DNA of 19,808 nucleotides from Promethearchaeota archaeon (lineage in GTDB: Archaea; Asgardarchaeota; Lokiarchaeia; Sigyniarchaeales; SOKP01), in contig JAEOTP010000013.1 of assembly GCA_016839765.1 (NCBI GenBank), forward strand, positions 1 through 19,808, in the 5' to 3' direction. Positions 14,949 through 19,808 of this stretch are shown here, piece after piece; positions within the stretch are counted from its first letter, which is position 1, and each line of letters begins with the position of its first letter. A model generated the notes under the pieces. That model had not been told where the DNA came from, did no database searches, and saw nothing but the letters and a program-made list of their open reading frames with translations. Both the position numbers and the translations under genes were made by a program.

Positions 14949-16784
14949 ATTTTAAAAGGTTTCAGGGGGGAATTGTTAAAGATTGATTTAACTAATTCTG
15001 AAGCTTTTATGGAACTTTTAAATGAGGAAATCGCTAAAAATTTCTTAGGTGGAGCGGGTTATGCCTGTCGCTATTTATATAATAAATTAGATCAAAAAAC
15101 AGATCCGCTTTCTTCTGAAAATATTATCATGATAATGACTGGTCCGTTAAACGGAACATTTGCTCCAAATACAGGACGATGGGTTGTTTGTTCAAAATCT
15201 CCTTATACAGGGATTTGGGGGGAATCAAATTGTGGAAGTTGGTTTGGTGCTGAATTAAAGAAGGCAGGATATGATGGGATTATAATTTCAGGTATAGCTA
15301 ATAAACCTGTTTATCTTACAATCAACGATGACAAGATAGAATTTAAGGAAGCAAGTGAGTTATGGGGAAAAGGTACATACTATACAACAGAAAAATTAAA
15401 AGAGTGGTTTGGAGATCAAAAAGCTCAAGTTGCTTGTATTGGACCTGCTGGAGAAAATTTAGTTAAATTTGCAAATATTGTCTCAGAAGAAAGAGCAGCA
15501 GGTCGGACAGGTATGGGGGCTATTTTTGGCTCAAAAAAGCTAAAAGGAATAATTGTAAAAGGAGGTAAAATCAAATTAGATGTTGCTAATCCAGAACAAC
15601 TAAAAGAAATGATAAATAAAGCAAGAGACACAGTAAAAGCTTCATTTGCTACCCAAATGTTAAGGGATTTAGGAACATCAGGAGGAATGGATATGTATAA
15701 TGTGACAGGTGAATTACCAATTAAGTATTTTACACATCCTCAGTGGGAAGGTGCATATAATATATCTGGAGCAACAATGGCAGAAAATATTTTAGTTGGT
15801 AATAGATTTTGTCATTCATGTGTTATTGGATGCGGTAGGAGAGTCGCAATAAAAGAAGGTCCCTATAGGACCGCCGAGATCGAAGGTCCTGAATATGAAA
15901 CCCTTGTGAGTTATGGCTCTCTATTTTTAAATGATAATTTAGAATGGATTACTCATATAAATAGAAAGTGTTTTGACTATGGAATTGATACAATTAGTTC
16001 AGGGAGTATTATTTCTTGTGTTACTTATCACTATAAACAAGGTAATATCAAAACAGAGGATTTAGACGGATTAAAACCAGATTGGGGTAAAACAGAAGTT
16101 GCGGAAAAATTATTAGAAAGAATCGTATATAGAAAAGGAGTAGGAAATCTATTAGCTGACGGTTCTGATGCTCTCGCAAAAAAATTTAAAATATCTCAAG
16201 ATGAGATTGCTACGGTCAATGGTATGGAAGTAACATACCATGATCTACGTTCTAATTATGGAATGGCAATTGCATATGGGATGGGATTAAAAGGACCATC
16301 TCATAATTTACTAGATGCGTATTATGTTCTGATTGGAGTTCCATTAGAAGAGATTGGAATTGAAATGGTTGATAAATTCTCTGATAATGAAGATATGGCA
16401 GAATTATGTTCTTTAATTATGGATTATAGAGCCTTATACAGTTCTATGATAATGTGTTCTTTCTGTAATCCTCTACCGTCTCAAATTGCCAAATTAATTG
16501 AATATACTACAGGTTTGAAATTTGGACTTGATGAAGTTAAACAATATGGGGAACGAATTGCGAATCTTAAAAGACTATTTAATGTTAGAATGGGTTTAAC
16601 ATCGGAAGAAGATCGATTACCTGAAATTTTATTGAAGATTTTTAGTGAGGGTGGAGCAGCTGGTAAATCTCCTGATTTTGAAAAACTTAAATCATTACTC
16701 TATAAGTTTAAAGAATGGGACCCTACTTCTGGTAGACCAAGTATAAAAAAATTGAAAAATTTAGGTTTGAATGACTTACAATAA
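14949..16784 (+). CDS. aor: Aldehyde:ferredoxin oxidoreductase (tungstopterin family)
   Basis: KSPYTG, GESNCG, ACIGPAGEN, RAAGRTGMGAIFGSKKLK, 4Fe-4S motif CHSCVIGC, GPEYET, DYGIDTIS, MIMCSF, EDRLPE. The ORF track starts at TTG 14973, but AOR-like sequence extends upstream to ATT 14949 (see findings). Confidence 0.93.
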   Translation: MLKGFRGELLKIDLTNSEAFMELLNEEIAKNFLGGAGYACRYLYNKLDQKTDPLSSENIIMIMTGPLNGTFAPNTGRWVVCSKSPYTGIWGESNCGSWFGAELKKAGYDGIIISGIANKPVYLTINDDKIEFKEASELWGKGTYYTTEKLKEWFGDQKAQVACIGPAGENLVKFANIVSEERAAGRTGMGAIFGSKKLKGIIVKGGKIKLDVANPEQLKEMINKARDTVKASFATQMLRDLGTSGGMDMYNVTGELPIKYFTHPQWEGAYNISGATMAENILVGNRFCHSCVIGCGRRVAIKEGPYRTAEIEGPEYETLVSYGSLFLNDNLEWITHINRKCFDYGIDTISSGSIISCVTYHYKQGNIKTEDLDGLKPDWGKTEVAEKLLERIVYRKGVGNLLADGSDALAKKFKISQDEIATVNGMEVTYHDLRSNYGMAIAYGMGLKGPSHNLLDAYYVLIGVPLEEIGIEMVDKFSDNEDMAELCSLIMDYRALYSSMIMCSFCNPLPSQIAKLIEYTTGLKFGLDEVKQYGERIANLKRLFNVRMGLTSEEDRLPEILLKIFSEGGAAGKSPDFEKLKSLLYKFKEWDPTSGRPSIKKLKNLGLNDLQ

Positions 16785-17399
16785 GAGTGGAAGACAGGTA
16801 GTAAATCCTGTGAAAATACCCAAAAAACATCCAATAATTAAATTAATAATAGCTTTCTTAATATAGAATCTATTATAACTTACAATTAACCAGATACTCA
16901 CAAATATCTCTAAAATAGCAAAGAATGAGCCTAAGGCAATTGTATAGAAAATAGTTCTTTCAAGAGAAGTTAAACTGCTAAGTTCATTGATTCCATTTAA
17001 ACCCCAAGGATTAAAAACGCCAATAAAATTAATAAAGATAAAAAGGTATCTGTCTGGAATAGGGTCAAGTACCCAAATTAGAAAGTATATTAACAAATTT
17101 GATAATACACCTATACCAAATATAATGTAAAGGACACCTAAGACCATATGAGAAAGTTTAACTACTATTTTCTCATCCAAGTTATTTTGAAATGTATTTG
17201 TATTATATTTCGAATAGTTTTTCTTAAATCGGAATAAAATTAAAGTTCCTAATATTATAAGAATAAACGATAATATGTATTTAAGAAATACAAATAAAAT
17301 TGAAAATATGTTACTGACCCAATCAAAACCCCAATCAATGTTTTGATAAAAAGAATCAATTGAAAAAGCAATTAAAATTGATCTAATAAATAGATTCAT
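16776..17399 (-). CDS. Hypothetical multi-pass membrane protein
   Basis: 207-aa ORF with 4-5 hydrophobic segments; its stop overlaps the aor 3' end by 9 bp (convergent). Confidence 0.75.
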   Translation of the reverse strand: MNLFIRSILIAFSIDSFYQNIDWGFDWVSNIFSILFVFLKYILSFILIILGTLILFRFKKNYSKYNTNTFQNNLDEKIVVKLSHMVLGVLYIIFGIGVLSNLLIYFLIWVLDPIPDRYLFIFINFIGVFNPWGLNGINELSSLTSLERTIFYTIALGSFFAILEIFVSIWLIVSYNRFYIKKAIINLIIGCFLGIFTGFTTCLPLLL

Positions 17400-17710
17400 T
17401 TATGTATAATCAAAAGGAATATATTTAAAGTCGCATTAAAATAGGAAATTATAGCCAATTACTAAATCGATAATACTCCGAAAATCTCGCTAACCACAGC
17501 TCATAGCTTATCAAAATTTCTTGGAAGTATAACTGAATACACAGAATTAGTCCCATTTGGGGGAAAGATGCTAAAAGTCTTTTTCCATCGTGATTTTGTT
17601 TAGATGATGGAATTATAAAAGAAATTGCAATTATTGGACTCCCACTCATTAATCAATTATCTTTGAGATGAATATATTAGATACCTAAATATTAAAATTC
17701 GAAAACGAAA

Positions 17711-18454
17711 ATGTCAAATATAGGTGTTAGAAAAGAATTTCATGATTTTGGGAAATATATTCAAGTTGCTGCAATTTTAACGATTGTAAGCATTACCACA
17801 GGAATAGCTGGTTTTATAGCACTGATTTTTATTTTTATTGCAATGGGAAGTCTTAAAAGGGCAAATTATACCTTAAATAACTCGTTGTTACATGAATTTC
17901 GCTCAAAATACATCAAGGGTTTTATATCAAGAATATGTGGTACGGTCGTCTTGATTACCGGAGGTGTTAACCTTGCCTTATTTTTTTTTATCCCAACCTC
18001 GTTCCCTATCTATATCTCGCTCTCTGTACCTATAATTCTTATGATATCGGGTATAGTGTTTATATATGTAGGCGTGGCAGCTGAAATGAAAGCGTGGAAA
18101 AATCTGAAAATATTTTTTGAGAATAATTTTAAGATGTTTCCAGCTAATATATCTGAAGAGGCAATTAAGGGGTGTGATAAACTAAAAACAGGTACACTCT
18201 TAAGTTCATTAGGGTTTTTAATCGTTCCAGCAATTATCGGATTTATCTATCAAGTTAAAGGGTATTTTATGCTAGCAACATTAAACAAATTGTCGACTAA
18301 TGACGCTCCAGAATCTTCAGAACTGCAAGCAGATTTATATAAACCTCAACCAATAAAAAAACCTGAAAGAAAAATTAATTTTTGCCCAAATTGTGGAGCC
18401 AAATTATCTGAACTAGGAAAATTTTGTGCTTTATGTGGTTCAGAGATTAGCTAA
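17711..18454 (+). CDS. Membrane protein (DUF973/DUF996-like) with C-terminal double zinc ribbon
   Basis: Several TM segments, then a linker and 'FCPNCGAKLSELGKFCALCGSEI'. Confidence 0.8.
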   Translation: MSNIGVRKEFHDFGKYIQVAAILTIVSITTGIAGFIALIFIFIAMGSLKRANYTLNNSLLHEFRSKYIKGFISRICGTVVLITGGVNLALFFFIPTSFPIYISLSVPIILMISGIVFIYVGVAAEMKAWKNLKIFFENNFKMFPANISEEAIKGCDKLKTGTLLSSLGFLIVPAIIGFIYQVKGYFMLATLNKLSTNDAPESSELQADLYKPQPIKKPERKINFCPNCGAKLSELGKFCALCGSEIS

Positions 18455-18473
18455 CCTTTATTTTTTTTTTTTA
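18455..18473 (+). terminator. Oligo-T archaeal terminator between convergent genes
   Basis: T13 run just after the stop at 18454. Confidence 0.5.
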
Positions 18474-18503
18474 TAATTTCTTGAAAATATTTACAAAAAT
18501 CTA

Positions 18504-18887
18504 TTATATCTTATCTTCCCAAAGACTTATTAAATTACCTTCAGTATCATTGATCTGAGCAAAATATGCAAAGTCAGCTATAGGAATTTTATCTAATACT
18601 TTTTTACCTCCATTTTTTTCGACTTTAGCAATAGTGTCATCAATTGATTTTACCTTAATAAAGATACTTGTCACTTGCTGCTTATACGTACCTCGCTGCA
18701 ATAGCCCTCCATTTATTCCACCCGGTTCAGTTGGAAGACCATTTTCATTAGTTGGGACTGTAGTGGTAAAGTGATGATTTCCATCCATACCCGTAGCCAA
18801 AAAATCCCAACCAAACGTCTTACTAAAAAATTCTTTAGCACGGTCCATATCATCTACGGGCAGATTAAAAAGATTTACTCCATCCAT
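18504..18887 (-). CDS. VOC/glyoxalase/bleomycin-resistance family protein
   Basis: 'FNLPVDDMDRAKEFFSKTFGW...PGGINGGL...IFIKVKSIDDTIAKVEKNGGK...FAQINDTEGNLISLWE'. ATG 18887 is preferred over GTG 18899, which is part of GTGAT. Confidence 0.9.
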   Translation of the reverse strand: MDGVNLFNLPVDDMDRAKEFFSKTFGWDFLATGMDGNHHFTTTVPTNENGLPTEPGGINGGLLQRGTYKQQVTSIFIKVKSIDDTIAKVEKNGGKKVLDKIPIADFAYFAQINDTEGNLISLWEDKI

Positions 18888-18959
18888 GTTTATTATCACG
18901 ATAAAAAATTATATTAAATAACGTATTCTTACTGATTTAAAAAATATTTATCCTATAAA

Positions 18960-19112
18960 TTATAACTGATATTGAATCAATAATTTCTGAATCAATCTAT
19001 ATAAAGTAAATCCAATAAAAAATGAGAAAGAGAAGAAACATAAAAGTAGAACGCTGAAAGAAAGATATGCATGAATACACCATCTCTTGTATATAATCGT
19101 TGAACTAATCAT
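18960..19112 (-). CDS. Candidate 50-aa single-TM small protein
   Basis: Manual translation MISSTIIYKRWCIHAYLSFSVLLLCFFSFSFFIGFTLYRLIQKLLIQYQL*. Co-oriented with both neighbours; no clear ribosome-binding site. Confidence 0.3.
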   Translation of the reverse strand: MISSTIIYKRWCIHAYLSFSVLLLCFFSFSFFIGFTLYRLIQKLLIQYQL

Positions 19113-19248
19113 AGTTTTAATTTAGTTTTTTCAAAGGAAATTTCATGGAAATCAGACTCTGAATTTACCTTTCCATTCTAATTTCAAAGGATATTGAGAC
19201 AAAATTTAAAAATGTTTGAATCGGTGTTTTTGGGGTATAATAGATGCT

Positions 19249-19808
19249 CTAACTATTCTGAGTAATTCTTGTGGGTTTTTTCAAATGTATTTTTTCTAGG
19301 AGATAATGGCTTATTAAATAGCAGAGAATAACTGAAACCGTTAATACAATAATTATTTTTATAAGAGGAGAAAGGGCTATAGAAGCAATTCCAAGGGATA
19401 CGGGGATTACGACGAAAGGATGAATTAGGTATATATAATATGAGCTATCAGAAAAATTCTTTAGAATTTTTCCTTGCTTGTTGAATTTTGCATAGAAAAT
19501 TTTAATTAACACAAATATCATTCCCATACAAGCAATACTCTCTACCAGTGCAAATATAAGAGCCTGTAAATGAAGACCTCCGAAAAAAAGACTATAATCT
19601 GAATCTACACCTACAAAAACAAAGAAATACGTAAAAAAGAATATCACTGCCGCAAAGATTGTAAGAGCCCAGATCTTAACATGTCGTCTAGTCATCTGAT
19701 CGAACCAACCATATCTATAAGCGATGATACCAACGCTAAACATCATGAAATACTGAATCATATAAGCAAGTGGTAATCCAAACGGAAATTGTTCTACGGG
19801 AACAACTA
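19249..19808 (-). CDS. Acyltransferase-3 (OpgC/MdoC-like) membrane acyltransferase, C-terminal part; the 5' end lies outside the window
   Basis: Frame open to the window end (VVPVEQFPFGLPLAYMIQYFMMFSVGIIAYRYGW...). 'FSDSSYYIYLIHPFV' is the S-Y-x-I-Y-L-x-H signature. Confidence 0.85.
   Translation of the reverse strand, partial: VVPVEQFPFGLPLAYMIQYFMMFSVGIIAYRYGWFDQMTRRHVKIWALTIFAAVIFFFTYFFVFVGVDSDYSLFFGGLHLQALIFALVESIACMGMIFVLIKIFYAKFNKQGKILKNFSDSSYYIYLIHPFVVIPVSLGIASIALSPLIKIIIVLTVSVILCYLISHYLLEKIHLKKPTRITQNS

Noticed and set aside
15425-15631. 68-aa minus-strand ORF
   Set aside because: Antisense shadow of aor.

Overview
AT-rich archaeal chromosomal segment, most consistent with an Asgard archaeon (Lokiarchaeia-like). 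This is inferred from a Rab-like small GTPase without prenylation signal, a longin/roadblock-like protein, archaeal aIF1A, Spt5 and Fcf1-type PIN genes, a tungsten-type AOR and AGGTG/GTGAT ribosome-binding sites. About 20 protein genes are present, two truncated at the window edges and missed or shortened by the ORF track: a PAS-PAS-GAF sensor (1..1328, minus) and an acyltransferase-3 protein (19249..>19808, minus). I see no rRNA, tRNA, CRISPR array or transposase. The most unusual locus is 7243..10157: two convergent paralogous acyl-CoA dehydrogenase genes whose silent sites have mostly diverged, yet which share two perfect inverted tracts of 35 and 30 bp (possible gene conversion or inversion-based domain swapping). 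Between them lies a spacer with a TATA-like box, overlapping dyads, a K-loop-like hairpin and a U-tract, a candidate small RNA gene. Other leads: a probable non-canonical ATT start for AOR, a Spt5 with acidic tails ending in DDEW, eukaryote-like tails on aIF1A, and a 69-aa Cys4 coiled-coil protein next to a DUF4139-like gene. All calls are by eye; no searches were run.
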